A DNA stretch of 64,000 bases, from the IMG/VR virus record IMGVR_UViG_3300022752_000016; one strand, written 5' to 3'. This DNA comes from a virus (Duplodnaviria > Caudoviricetes). The notes beneath the pieces were generated by a model. The model was not told where the DNA came from. It did no database searches and saw nothing but the letters and a program-made list of their open reading frames with translations. Shown in pieces: positions 46,674 through 56,535 of this stretch (positions within the stretch are counted from its first letter, which is position 1; each line of letters starts with the position of its first letter). The position numbers and the translations under genes were made by a program.

Positions 46674-46714
46674 GATAAATATATATTGACACAGCGTATT
46701 ATGTAGTTTATAAT
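46674..46714 (+). promoter_or_regulatory. Tandem late (GATAAATA) and early (TTGACA-17-TATAAT) promoters for gp32
   Basis: 46674-81; 46686-91 and 46709-14. Confidence 0.75.
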
Positions 46715-46782
46715 CATTCTGTGTTTAGGCAAATTTTTAGGCACAAAACAAAGACCATCTTAATGAAATAAGGAGAAACATT

Positions 46783-47799
46783 ATGGCAAGTTTAGCAGAT
46801 ATCCGCGCAAGAATCGCAGCGCAAGAAAACAAAACACAAAAAGGTCAAATCACGACCGACAACGCAGTATATCCTCACTGGAATATGGAAGAAGGTACAG
46901 TTGCTACTATTCGTTTCCTACCAGATGCAGATTCAAACAATACGTTCTTTTGGGTAGAACGTCAAATCATCAAGCTTCCCTTCAATGGGCTTAAGGGTGA
47001 TCCTAATGTAAAACAAATTACTGTACAAGTACCTTGTGCTGAGATGTATGGCGATACTTGCCCAGTACTAACTGAAGTTCGTCCTTGGTATAAAGATGAA
47101 ACACTAAAAGAAATGGCAAATAAATATTGGAAAAAGCGTAGTTATCTATTCCAAGCTTTTGTTCGTCAAAATCCAATTGGTGATGATAAGACACCAGCTA
47201 ATCCAATTCGTAGACTTGTGATAAGTCCACAGATTTTCACAATTATCAAATCAAGTTTGATGGATCCTGAAATGGAAGAATTACCCACTGATTATGTACG
47301 TGGGTTGGATTTTAATATTAAGAAAACTAGTAAAGGTGGTTATGCTGATTATTCAACAAGTAACTGGGCACGTAAAGAAAGTCCATTGACTGAAGCAGAG
47401 CAAGCAGCAATTGAAGCACATGGATTATTTAATCTAGCAGATTTCTTACCAAAGCGTCCTAATGAAGCAGAATTGAATATTATTAAAGAAATGTTTGAAG
47501 CTTCGGTAGATGGGCAACCTTATGACAATGATCGTTGGGGTTCGTATTATCGTCCCTTTGGAGTTGATGCTCCGCAACATCAGGTAGATAGTGATAGCGA
47601 AACTGTTACAGAAAAGAAAGTATCAGTTTCAGTTTCAAAGCCTGCTGTTTCGAAGCCTGATGTTAAAGAAGAAACTGCTCCATGGGAAGATGAACCAGCT
47701 GAGGCAAGTCAACCTGTTAATATTCCAAAGTCAACATCAAGTGATAAGGCACAAGATATTTTAGCAATGATTCGTGCCCGTCAAAACAAGACAGCCTAA
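46783..47799 (+). CDS. ssb: Single-stranded DNA-binding protein (T4 gp32 family)
   Basis: IRFLPD, VPC.E..G..CPV, YWKKRSY, LDFNIKK..KGGYADYSTS.W. Confidence 0.9.
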   Translation: MASLADIRARIAAQENKTQKGQITTDNAVYPHWNMEEGTVATIRFLPDADSNNTFFWVERQIIKLPFNGLKGDPNVKQITVQVPCAEMYGDTCPVLTEVRPWYKDETLKEMANKYWKKRSYLFQAFVRQNPIGDDKTPANPIRRLVISPQIFTIIKSSLMDPEMEELPTDYVRGLDFNIKKTSKGGYADYSTSNWARKESPLTEAEQAAIEAHGLFNLADFLPKRPNEAELNIIKEMFEASVDGQPYDNDRWGSYYRPFGVDAPQHQVDSDSETVTEKKVSVSVSKPAVSKPDVKEETAPWEDEPAEASQPVNIPKSTSSDKAQDILAMIRARQNKTA

Positions 47800-47807
47800 G
47801 GTAACAC

Positions 47808-47826
47808 GGGAGGATTAATTCCTCCC
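47808..47826 (+). terminator. Hairpin after gp32
   Basis: GGGAGGA-TTAAT-TCCTCCC; weak U tail. Confidence 0.45.
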
Positions 47827-47846
47827 TATTCAATTAGGAGAATACA

Positions 47847-48083
47847 ATGACGTTACCAGACGAAAGATACAGAGCCTTAAAACAGGGCAAAAAGTTATTA
47901 GAGGAATTGTGCGACCCAGGTCGCACACCACGTGTTCCTAGTTTAATCAGAGATAGGGCAAGGGCAGCATTACGACATTACCCGAGTGATTATGAATTGG
48001 ATCGTATTGCTGATAGTTGTCCAGATATGCTTGATAAGATAAGTTTTTCTGATAAACTATACATGAAAATAGCAAACAAATAA
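47847..48083 (+). CDS. Hypothetical protein (MTLPDERYRA...)
   Basis: SD AGGAG; 78 aa. Confidence 0.7.
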   Translation: MTLPDERYRALKQGKKLLEELCDPGRTPRVPSLIRDRARAALRHYPSDYELDRIADSCPDMLDKISFSDKLYMKIANK

Positions 48084-48093
48084 GGAGAGACCC

Positions 48094-49161
48094 TTGGGGA
48101 AACCGTTCGATGTTAGTAAATTTAGAAAAGATATTACCAAGTCCATTGAGGGACTTAGTATCGGGTTTAACGATCCAACAGATTGGATTAGTACAGGAAA
48201 TCACGCACTTAATTATCTCATTAGTGGTGATTTTAATAAAGGCGTACCTCTTGGTAAAGTTACTGTCTTTGCCGGAGAGTCAGGATCAGGAAAAAGTTAT
48301 ATCTGTGCAGGAAATCTCGTCCGTCACGCACAACAACAAGGGATCTTTGTCGTATTGGTCGATACTGAAAATGCGCTTGATGAAGATTGGTTACATAACT
48401 TGGGAGTTGATACGTCAGAAGAAAAACTATTAAAACTTAATATGGCAATGATTGATGATGTTGCCAAAACTATTAGCGAGTTTATGAAAGGATATCGCAC
48501 TATTCCTAGTGAAGATCGTCCTAAAGTACTTTTTATTATTGATAGCTTAGGAATGTTACTTACTCCTACTGATGTTAATCAATTTGAAGGCGGTGATTTA
48601 AAAGGTGATATGGGTCGTAAACCAAAAGCACTAACCGCACTAGTACGTAATTGTGTAAATATGTTTGGTAGTCACAATGTTGGATTGGTAGCTACAAATC
48701 ATACCTACGCAAGTCAGGATATGTTTGATCCTGACGATAAAATCTCAGGTGGGCAAGGCTTTATCTATGCAAGTTCAATTGTTGTAGCAATGAAAAAATT
48801 GAAACTTAAAGAAGATGAAGATGGTAATAAAACAAGTGAAGTCCTTGGTATTCGTAGTGCTTGTAAAGTAATGAAAACACGTTATGCTAAACCTTTTGAA
48901 AGTGTACAAGTAAAGATTCCATATAGTACAGGAATGAATCCATATAGTGGGTTGTTAGATTTATTTGAAAAATCAGGGCTGCTTGTAAAAGAAGGCAATC
49001 GTTTAAGCTACACTACGTTAGATGGTGAAGTTATCAAACATTTCCGTAAAGGTTGGGAAACTAATACTGATAATTGTTTAGATACGGTTATGAGTGAGTA
49101 TAGTAAAAGAAACGAAAATAAACTAAGTAATGTAACAACTGAGGAGGAAGTTACAGAATGA
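48094..49161 (+). CDS. uvsX: RecA/UvsX recombinase
   Basis: GESGSGKS Walker A, DTENA, IIDSLGML, TNHTY, SGGQG; TTG start with SD AAGGAG. Confidence 0.92.
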   Translation: MGKPFDVSKFRKDITKSIEGLSIGFNDPTDWISTGNHALNYLISGDFNKGVPLGKVTVFAGESGSGKSYICAGNLVRHAQQQGIFVVLVDTENALDEDWLHNLGVDTSEEKLLKLNMAMIDDVAKTISEFMKGYRTIPSEDRPKVLFIIDSLGMLLTPTDVNQFEGGDLKGDMGRKPKALTALVRNCVNMFGSHNVGLVATNHTYASQDMFDPDDKISGGQGFIYASSIVVAMKKLKLKEDEDGNKTSEVLGIRSACKVMKTRYAKPFESVQVKIPYSTGMNPYSGLLDLFEKSGLLVKEGNRLSYTTLDGEVIKHFRKGWETNTDNCLDTVMSEYSKRNENKLSNVTTEEEVTE

Positions 49162-49403
49162 GTTTAACATTGATTAGTGAAGCATGGGATGCATTACGCC
49201 AACATATCCAAATGGCAGATAAAAGTGACGCTGCCGATACTTTGGTTAATTTGTTAATTGATAACGGGTATGATGTAGATGAGATTAAAGAAAATTTTCG
49301 TGGGGATAAAGACATTGCTAATGCTCTAGTTTATTTTAGTGAACAGGACGATTATATAGAAGATTATGAGGATGACAATTTAACCGACGATGATGAATGG
49401 TGA
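49158..49403 (+). CDS. Acidic hypothetical protein
   Basis: 81 aa with D/E-rich tail, between uvsX and uvsY. Confidence 0.65.
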   Translation: MSLTLISEAWDALRQHIQMADKSDAADTLVNLLIDNGYDVDEIKENFRGDKDIANALVYFSEQDDYIEDYEDDNLTDDDEW

Positions 49404-49407
49404 TTAA

Positions 49408-49866
49408 GTGAGTTGGTATTCACAGATAACAGGTGACTTATCTGTTATCCCTGATTTTATTACGCACTATGAGTCTGAGTTAAACTCAGCCAAAAAAGAT
49501 GTAAAAATATTTGGTAATGTTGAAAAGAACATTTCAGCATTACCTGGTATTACTGAACATCGTTTTAATCAACTACAAGAAATTGAAGCAGTATTAAATT
49601 TCTTAAATGTACAGCTAAGAAAAATTCGCCGAAAACATTTTCAAAAATATCTTGAGGCGTATAATAGAGTTTTAACAAGTCGTGATGCTGAAAAATATGT
49701 TGATGGGGAGGGTGAAGTTATTGACTTTGAGACAATCATCAATGATGTAGCATTGTTAAGAAACAAGTGGTTGGGCGTAATGAAAGGTCTAGATAGTAAA
49801 AACTTTATGCTAGGTCATATTGTAAGATTACGTTCAGCTGGTATGGAAGATATAACCGTAAGTTAA
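49408..49866 (+). CDS. uvsY: UvsY recombination mediator
   Basis: YLEAYNRVLTSRDAEKYVDGE, KGLDSK; synteny with uvsX and gp32. Confidence 0.8.
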   Translation: MSWYSQITGDLSVIPDFITHYESELNSAKKDVKIFGNVEKNISALPGITEHRFNQLQEIEAVLNFLNVQLRKIRRKHFQKYLEAYNRVLTSRDAEKYVDGEGEVIDFETIINDVALLRNKWLGVMKGLDSKNFMLGHIVRLRSAGMEDITVS

Positions 49867-49874
49867 GGAATAGT

Positions 49875-50585
49875 ATGGCTAAGATTCAAAATCTTTTTAA
49901 TGATATATTAAATGATACAATATCTGAGGGGACGAATAATATATATATTACAGATTATCCATTATTAGTATTAAGTGCATGTAATTACAGGTTAAAACAA
50001 GAAGATCCTGAATTTAATTCTAATTCTTTACTAGGCAATATTATTATAAATCATGTAACAGATATTGATATAGAGTTTGCAAATAAAATTGGTGACTACT
50101 ATAGTAAAAAATTAATGTTACTTAAATTAAAAGGTAAAGAGTTGACAAAGTTTCGCAAAGAATTAATTACTTTTTTACATGACAATTTTAACCATCAAGA
50201 TGGTAGGTACCATACCCCTGAGAAATTTGCAGGTATGGCTTATAAATTACCTTATTTTTACACATATGACACAACATTAGATATGTTATTTGATTTGAAA
50301 AGTATTCCATATAAGCCTTTTAAAGGTGTTAAGCAATTAAAGTTTGTTACAAAACTTTTTACATCAAGAAAACATTGGGGAAATATTATAGAATATTGGT
50401 TTGTAGATATTGACAATAATAAATATCTTTTAGACTTTAACAAAGAAAATATGTTATGTAGTTTATTAGAAAAGGTAATTGAAAAAAATCAAATTATAGT
50501 ATCAGGTGTATTTGGTGTAAATAGGAAAGACTATGAGTTTTTTGTACCAAGCAAATATACAATGGACTTCAAAAATATTATTTAA
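49875..50585 (+). CDS. Hypothetical protein
   Basis: 236-aa ORF with SD AAGGA. Confidence 0.6.
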   Translation: MAKIQNLFNDILNDTISEGTNNIYITDYPLLVLSACNYRLKQEDPEFNSNSLLGNIIINHVTDIDIEFANKIGDYYSKKLMLLKLKGKELTKFRKELITFLHDNFNHQDGRYHTPEKFAGMAYKLPYFYTYDTTLDMLFDLKSIPYKPFKGVKQLKFVTKLFTSRKHWGNIIEYWFVDIDNNKYLLDFNKENMLCSLLEKVIEKNQIIVSGVFGVNRKDYEFFVPSKYTMDFKNII

Positions 50586-51336
50586 ATTTTTTGTTATCTT
50601 TATCAACTGCTTTAAATAAAGAAATATTAAGCCCCAATTGTTTAGTAAGTTTATTAAAACTTTTCACATCTTTAGGAAGACAGGTTCCACCGTATCCACG
50701 TAAATTTTTATTCACTTCTAAATAATCAGAAGTGGGTGTTCCTCTCAAAATATATGTGTCTTTTATTTTGCTATAATTTGAATTTAATTTTTTACAAATT
50801 TCATACATGCTATTAGCAAAAACTATTTTGGTAGCATTGTATACATTGGAATAATATTTTAGTATTTCTGCCTCAGTTGGTGTAAGACTTACTATGTTTT
50901 TTGGTAAGAACCCATGGCTGGCAACAATTTTTTTAAAAATTTCTTTTCTATGACACCCAATGGCAAGTAAATTGTGATTTATTATAAAATCTTTTTCAGC
51001 ATGAACTTCACGTAAAAATTCAGGAACAAAACAAATATTTAAATTGGTTTCTTTTATTAATTTTTCTGTAGTACCAGGTACTAAGGTAGACTTAATAGCT
51101 ATTATTCCATCAAAGGATATTTTTTGTAAATCTTTTAAAACATTTTTAATTATTTTGTCTGTATACTTATTACCTTTATGTGTAGGAACACAAATATAAA
51201 TAATTTCTGTTTTTTTTAAGGATTTAATATCAGTTTTGTATTTAATATCATGTACAATAACTTTATGACCTAGTAATGTGAAACCTTGTTTACATGCATT
51301 ACCTACAACACCAGCACCTATTATACCAATTTTCAT
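50578..51336 (-). CDS. ugd: UDP-glucose 6-dehydrogenase, short form lacking C-terminal domain
   Basis: GAGVVG Rossmann, KST..PGTT, PEFLRE, K..SN, GYGGTCLPKD catalytic Cys. Confidence 0.82.
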   Translation of the reverse strand: MKIGIIGAGVVGNACKQGFTLLGHKVIVHDIKYKTDIKSLKKTEIIYICVPTHKGNKYTDKIIKNVLKDLQKISFDGIIAIKSTLVPGTTEKLIKETNLNICFVPEFLREVHAEKDFIINHNLLAIGCHRKEIFKKIVASHGFLPKNIVSLTPTEAEILKYYSNVYNATKIVFANSMYEICKKLNSNYSKIKDTYILRGTPTSDYLEVNKNLRGYGGTCLPKDVKSFNKLTKQLGLNISLFKAVDKDNKKFK

Positions 51337-52211
51337 AATGAGTCCAAAGTTAACTTTATCCCTTGTTCTAATGAAATTTTAGGTTTAAAATTAATTATTT
51401 TTTTTAGTTTGTTAGTATCACACAACCGTCTTGATACACTTCCAATAGGAGCATTATTAAGAATAAGATTTTTATTTATTTTTGCATATCTACAAATTAG
51501 TTCTGCAACTTCTTTAATTGTTCTTTCGTCACTGACCCCTATATTTATAATTTCATTATTACAATTTTGAGTTTCTAGAATATTTACAGTGGCATCAACA
51601 GCATCACTTACATACATAAAACTTCTTGTATTAGAGTGTCCGTACAAATTTAAATCTCCTTTTTTAATTCTGCCATAAAACTCTGGTATAAAGTGATTAA
51701 TTTGTCTTGGTCCATAAACATTATGATACCTCAATATAATAAAGTTTTGTTTTGTTTGATGATATGCAGCATTTACTTGTACCTCATTAGCAATTTTGCT
51801 AGCAGCATAGCTCCAGCGTGGATTAGTTACATCACTTATTGATAAAGGAACTTGTTCGTCTGTAGGAATTTTATAATTAAATGTATCAATTGTGCCTGCA
51901 TAGGTTTCACAGCTACTTGAAAATATAAATTTTTCTATCTTACCTGCATATCTATCAAGTAAATATTGAGTTGGCAATAAATTATTTCTAATTACATCAA
52001 AAGGACGCTGGTAAAAAAATTTGGTACCATTTAATGCTGCTAAATGCACAACAATTTCAACATCGGGTAAATTCTTAACATTTTCCCAATTAGATAAATC
52101 AAGACCTGTTTTAATATCTGCCTTGTGTAAATTATATCCTAAATTTTCTAATTTGTCACACAGATGACTTCCAATGAATCCACAACTGCCTGTAACTAAA
52201 ATTGATTTCAT
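51333..52211 (-). CDS. NAD-dependent nucleotide-sugar epimerase/decarboxylase
   Basis: TGSCGFIG, FSSS, YAASK (YxxxK), RYHNVYGP. Confidence 0.88.
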   Translation of the reverse strand: MKSILVTGSCGFIGSHLCDKLENLGYNLHKADIKTGLDLSNWENVKNLPDVEIVVHLAALNGTKFFYQRPFDVIRNNLLPTQYLLDRYAGKIEKFIFSSSCETYAGTIDTFNYKIPTDEQVPLSISDVTNPRWSYAASKIANEVQVNAAYHQTKQNFIILRYHNVYGPRQINHFIPEFYGRIKKGDLNLYGHSNTRSFMYVSDAVDATVNILETQNCNNEIINIGVSDERTIKEVAELICRYAKINKNLILNNAPIGSVSRRLCDTNKLKKIINFKPKISLEQGIKLTLDSL

Positions 52212-52219
52212 ATATAAAT

Positions 52220-52231
52220 TATTTATAAATA
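52220..52231. promoter_or_regulatory. Palindromic bidirectional late promoter TATTTATAAATA
   Basis: Contains TATAAATA on both strands between divergent genes. Confidence 0.6.
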
Positions 52232-52256
52232 TAAATCGACGCTTTAAATAAGTGTA

Positions 52257-52892
52257 ATGAAACCTAAGATAAAAATATTTTTAAATCATCCTGAGTGTAG
52301 TATAGAGTGTGGTGCAGGAATGTACCATGCTCTTAATAAAGATTTTCGTATAGACTTTTTTACAAAAGACGATATTAAACCCAAATTATTTAGAAACTTA
52401 GAAATTATTGCCTTCCCTGGCGGTATTGGTGATAGTGATAAATTTGATAAAATTCTTAAACACAACCAAGATTACATTATTGAATTTGTAAAAAATAATG
52501 GAAGATACTTAGGTATTTGTATGGGTGCTTATTGGGCGGGTAGTCATTATTTTAATATACTTAAAAATGTAGAACCTGTACAATATATTAAAAGACCTAG
52601 GGCAAATATTAAAAGAAGTTACGGTACCACAACAAAAATAAATTGGCTAGGTAACGAACATAAAATGTATTTTTATGATGGCTGTGCATTGATTGGCAAT
52701 GAAAGTAAATTTAAAGTAATAGCAAGATATAGTAATAAAGATCCAATGGCTATCATTCAGAAAAACATTGGGTTAATAGGTTGTCATCCTGAAAGTATGC
52801 CAACTTGGTATAATAAAAAATATCTTTCAGATAAATGGCACAATTACCATCATCATTATTTGTTATTAGACTTCACAAAACGATTATTGTAA
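52257..52892 (+). CDS. Class I glutamine amidotransferase-like protein (BPL_N-like)
   Basis: FPGG, YLGICMGAY nucleophile elbow, GCHPE. Confidence 0.75.
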   Translation: MKPKIKIFLNHPECSIECGAGMYHALNKDFRIDFFTKDDIKPKLFRNLEIIAFPGGIGDSDKFDKILKHNQDYIIEFVKNNGRYLGICMGAYWAGSHYFNILKNVEPVQYIKRPRANIKRSYGTTTKINWLGNEHKMYFYDGCALIGNESKFKVIARYSNKDPMAIIQKNIGLIGCHPESMPTWYNKKYLSDKWHNYHHHYLLLDFTKRLL

Positions 52893-52920
52893 TACTTTTG
52901 TAATAATAATATGATAGTAT
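52887..52920 (+). promoter_or_regulatory. Putative Pho box with -10 element
   Basis: TTGTAAT-ACTT-TTGTAAT (11-bp period), then 10 nt, then TAGTAT, as in PhoB promoters. Confidence 0.6.
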
Positions 52921-52951
52921 ATATGTAAATACGACAACATATAAAAGGAGA

Positions 52952-55168
52952 ATGCGTATGTTACAACAAGTAGTACAAGAAGAAAACACTTCTAACAATG
53001 AGCATATTAATGACATTGTAAATCAAATATTACAAGATCCCAAACGCCGAACTTTTTTAAAAACAGGTTCGGCGTTTTTAACTGCTGCCACAGGCGCAAC
53101 TTTAGCAGGTTGTGCTAGTGGAGATGACACCTTAACTGTGTCACATCTCAATTTTCCTGCTGTAGCTAAAAATATAGCAGATAAAATTACATTACCACCA
53201 GGTTATCAATATTCAATAGTACATGCTACCGGAGATAGACTGACTAGTAGTGTAGGTGCTTATACCAATAAAGGAACTGAAACTGATGATTGGTCTAACA
53301 GAGTAGGTGACCATCATGATGGTGTAGAATTATTTCACCTAGATAGTGCAGGTAAACGTACAAATCAAATGACTGATCGTGCTTTATTAGTTATGAATCA
53401 TGAAAGTTCAGCAGACGCACACTTCTTTCACCCAAATGGACAAACCAGTAATGGAACTACCGGCAAAAAGTACGACCAATTTGGAAGTTGGGATTTAGGG
53501 GTTCGTCCTGGACTTGAAGCATTAAAAGAAATAAATCATCACGGCGTTAGTGTTGTTGAAATTAATAAGAGTAGCAATGGTTGGTCTTATAAATTAGATA
53601 GCGGGTTTAATAGACGTATTACTCCTCAAACAGTAATGAAAATTGCTGGACCTGTTAATGAACTTAGTAACATTAAAGCATTATTAGCAACCAAATATGA
53701 TCCAACAGGTGCTACAAGTCGTGGTACATTAAACAATTGTGGTACAGGCATTACACCATGGGGTACTTTCTTAACATGCGAAGAAAATTGGGCTACCTAT
53801 TTCGCTATGCCTAAAGGTAGCGTTGCTCCAGATGCACGTATGGCGCAGAGCCGTGCTAGATATGGTGTTCGTAACGCAGCTATTGCCGATACTGCCACAA
53901 CAAGTAATACACAAGGATGGCACACTGTAACCGACATGCCCGATACCGCACAAAGATTTAGTCGTTGGGATGTAAGTGTAAAGGGAGCTACAGACAAAGA
54001 TGATTTTCGTAATGAACCACATACGTTTGGTTACATCGTAGAAATTGATCCAACTAACCCAACAAGTCAACCAGTAAAGCGTATTGCTTTAGGTCGTACA
54101 GCACATGAAGCAGCAGTATATGGAAAATTAGTTGCAGGTCAACCAGTAACTTTTTACATGGGATGTGACAGTCGAAATGAGTATATCTATAAGTGGGTAA
54201 GTAATCAACCATGGAATCCAGCCGATGCTAACGGTGGTTTGGCAGCAGGTGACAAATATTTAAATGATGGCAAACTGTACGCAGCTAAATTTAATAATGA
54301 TGGAACTGGTGTATGGTTAGAATTAAGCATTACAAATCCTCTTATTGCAGGATATTCAACTTTTGTATTTAAAAACCAAGCTGAAGTTTATGTTTTTACT
54401 AGACTTGCTGCTGACGCAGTTGGTGCCACCAAAATGGATCGCCCAGAATGGGGTGCTGTAAATCCTGCTAATGGTGAAGTGTATTTTGCTTTAACAAATA
54501 ATAGTTCTGCAAATCGTACGCCTTCTACAGTTAATGCAGCTAACCCACGTAGTTATGCTGATCCAGATGGCAAAAAAGGTTCAGGCAATCCTAATGGGCA
54601 CATTATTCGTTGGCGTGAAGAAACTAGTGGATTTAAGTGGGATATTTTCTTATTTGGTTCAGAAGAGGATAATTCTCAAAGTAATGTCAGCAAACTGACT
54701 GCCAATAATAGTTTTAGTAGCCCAGATGGATTATGGTTTAGTCGTGCTACTGGCTTATGCTGGATTCAAACTGACGATGGTGCATATACTGATGAAGTTC
54801 ATAATCAATTACTTGTTGCTATCCCTGGTAAAGTTGGCGATGGTCAGGCAATTACAGTCAATAACAGTCTAAGTGGTGCTACTGGCACACAAGCAACATT
54901 TGTTGGTGCTGAATTAGGGGAAACTAAATTACGTAGATTCATGACTGGTCCTGCTGGTTGCGAAATTACTGGTATTACTGAATCAGCAGATGGTCGTGCT
55001 ATCTTTGTAAATGTTCAGCATCCTGGCGAAGATACTTCGGCAGCATTTTGGACAGGAGGAGCGCCACAAAGTCAATGGCCAGGTAATGCTAATTATGGGA
55101 TAACTGGTCGTCCTCGCTCAGCCACAATTTGTATTACAAGGGTTGACGGAGGCCTAATAGGCGTATAA
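52952..55168 (+). CDS. phoX: PhoX alkaline phosphatase (Tat lipoprotein)
   Basis: KRRTFLK Tat motif, LAGC lipobox, GDHHDG, TPWGTFLTCEEN, KMDRPEW, SPDGL, GCEITG, NVQHPGE. Confidence 0.93.
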   Translation: MRMLQQVVQEENTSNNEHINDIVNQILQDPKRRTFLKTGSAFLTAATGATLAGCASGDDTLTVSHLNFPAVAKNIADKITLPPGYQYSIVHATGDRLTSSVGAYTNKGTETDDWSNRVGDHHDGVELFHLDSAGKRTNQMTDRALLVMNHESSADAHFFHPNGQTSNGTTGKKYDQFGSWDLGVRPGLEALKEINHHGVSVVEINKSSNGWSYKLDSGFNRRITPQTVMKIAGPVNELSNIKALLATKYDPTGATSRGTLNNCGTGITPWGTFLTCEENWATYFAMPKGSVAPDARMAQSRARYGVRNAAIADTATTSNTQGWHTVTDMPDTAQRFSRWDVSVKGATDKDDFRNEPHTFGYIVEIDPTNPTSQPVKRIALGRTAHEAAVYGKLVAGQPVTFYMGCDSRNEYIYKWVSNQPWNPADANGGLAAGDKYLNDGKLYAAKFNNDGTGVWLELSITNPLIAGYSTFVFKNQAEVYVFTRLAADAVGATKMDRPEWGAVNPANGEVYFALTNNSSANRTPSTVNAANPRSYADPDGKKGSGNPNGHIIRWREETSGFKWDIFLFGSEEDNSQSNVSKLTANNSFSSPDGLWFSRATGLCWIQTDDGAYTDEVHNQLLVAIPGKVGDGQAITVNNSLSGATGTQATFVGAELGETKLRRFMTGPAGCEITGITESADGRAIFVNVQHPGEDTSAAFWTGGAPQSQWPGNANYGITGRPRSATICITRVDGGLIGV

Positions 55169-55196
55169 AATATCAATCACACACAAAGGAAAAACA

Positions 55197-56201
55197 ATGA
55201 AAAAATTTATATTGGCTCTTGCGACCATATTTTTCGCAATTTCAGCACAGGCACAAATTACAGGTGCAGGTGCTACATTCCCTTATCCGATCTATGCTAA
55301 ATGGGCAGAAGCCTATCAAAAGCAAACAAGCGTCGGTCTTAATTATCAAAGCATTGGTAGTTCGGGGGGAATCCGTCAAATTAATGCCAAGACTGTAACA
55401 TTTGGAGCAACAGATGCGCCAGTTAAAGGTGAAGACCTTGATAAGAACGGTCAAGTTCAATTTCCTGTTATCATTGGCGGTACTGTGCCCGTTATTAATC
55501 TTGACGGTTTTAAGCCAAGTGAACTTCGCATTACAGGTGCTGTCTTGGCAGAAGTTTTTATGGGAAACATTGTTAAATGGAATGATCCGAAATTATCACA
55601 ATTAAACCCAGGTAAAAATTTACCTGATCTTAATATAACGGTAGTGCATCGTGCTGATGGTTCTGGTACAACATTTAATTTTACTGATTATCTAACTGAA
55701 GTAAGTCCTGCTTGGAAGGACAAGGTTGGTAAAGGTGCAGCAGTTAAATGGCCTGCTAATAGTTCTGTTGGTGGAAAAGGTAACGAAGGTGTTGCAGCTA
55801 ATGTTAATAGAGTTAAAGGTGCAATTGGATATGTTGAATATGCTTATGTTAAAAAGAATAACATGAATTATATGAAACTACAAAACAAAGCAGGTAACTT
55901 TGTTGACCCTGATGATACAACATTTGCTGCCGCAGCAGCAGGTGCAGATTGGTTCTCAGTTCCAGGAATGGGATTGAGTATTGTAAATCAAGGCGGCAAA
56001 GATACTTGGCCCATAACAACAGCTAGCTTTATTATAATGCATAAAGATCCTGCTGATAAAAAGGCTAGCCAAGAAGTCATCAAGTTCTTTGACTGGGCAT
56101 TTAGGAATGGTGCCAAAATGAGTGCGGATCTTGATTATGTTCATTTACCAGAGAAATTACAGAATGAAATACGTACAAAAGTATGGACTCAAATTAAGTA
56201 A
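55197..56201 (+). CDS. pstS: Phosphate ABC transporter substrate-binding protein
   Basis: GAGATFPYP, YQSIGSSGG, HRADGSGTT, GKGNEGV, IGYVEY. Confidence 0.95.
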   Translation: MKKFILALATIFFAISAQAQITGAGATFPYPIYAKWAEAYQKQTSVGLNYQSIGSSGGIRQINAKTVTFGATDAPVKGEDLDKNGQVQFPVIIGGTVPVINLDGFKPSELRITGAVLAEVFMGNIVKWNDPKLSQLNPGKNLPDLNITVVHRADGSGTTFNFTDYLTEVSPAWKDKVGKGAAVKWPANSSVGGKGNEGVAANVNRVKGAIGYVEYAYVKKNNMNYMKLQNKAGNFVDPDDTTFAAAAAGADWFSVPGMGLSIVNQGGKDTWPITTASFIIMHKDPADKKASQEVIKFFDWAFRNGAKMSADLDYVHLPEKLQNEIRTKVWTQIK

Positions 56202-56294
56202 TGTAATAATACTGTAAACTAATCAAAAGTTAAATTTTGTAAATAGTTATAGAGAATCACAAATTCTCTATAACCCACATCAAGGAGTCACAAA

Positions 56295-56519
56295 ATGAAA
56301 CTAGAAATGAGAGCTTGGGATTTAGACGTAAAATTAGAATTACAGGATGATGATGCAGTAGACCAATTACAAGTTTTGGAAGTTGTTAAAAATTTATTAG
56401 ACACACTTTCACAATTTGAAAAAGTCAATGTAGTAATTAAACAAATTGAAGAAACAACAGAAGAATTAGATAATAATTCTGATAACGTTGAAGCAATTAC
56501 TCATACAACAGGTTACTAA
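56295..56519 (+). CDS. Acidic hypothetical protein
   Basis: SD AAGGAG; 74 aa. Confidence 0.65.
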   Translation: MKLEMRAWDLDVKLELQDDDAVDQLQVLEVVKNLLDTLSQFEKVNVVIKQIEETTEELDNNSDNVEAITHTTGY

Positions 56520-56535
56520 AAGGTCCCCCAATGAA

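Noticed and set aside
42241-49161. Introns or inteins in terL or uvsX
   Set aside because: Both have normal length and contiguous motifs; no homing endonuclease or intein signature seen
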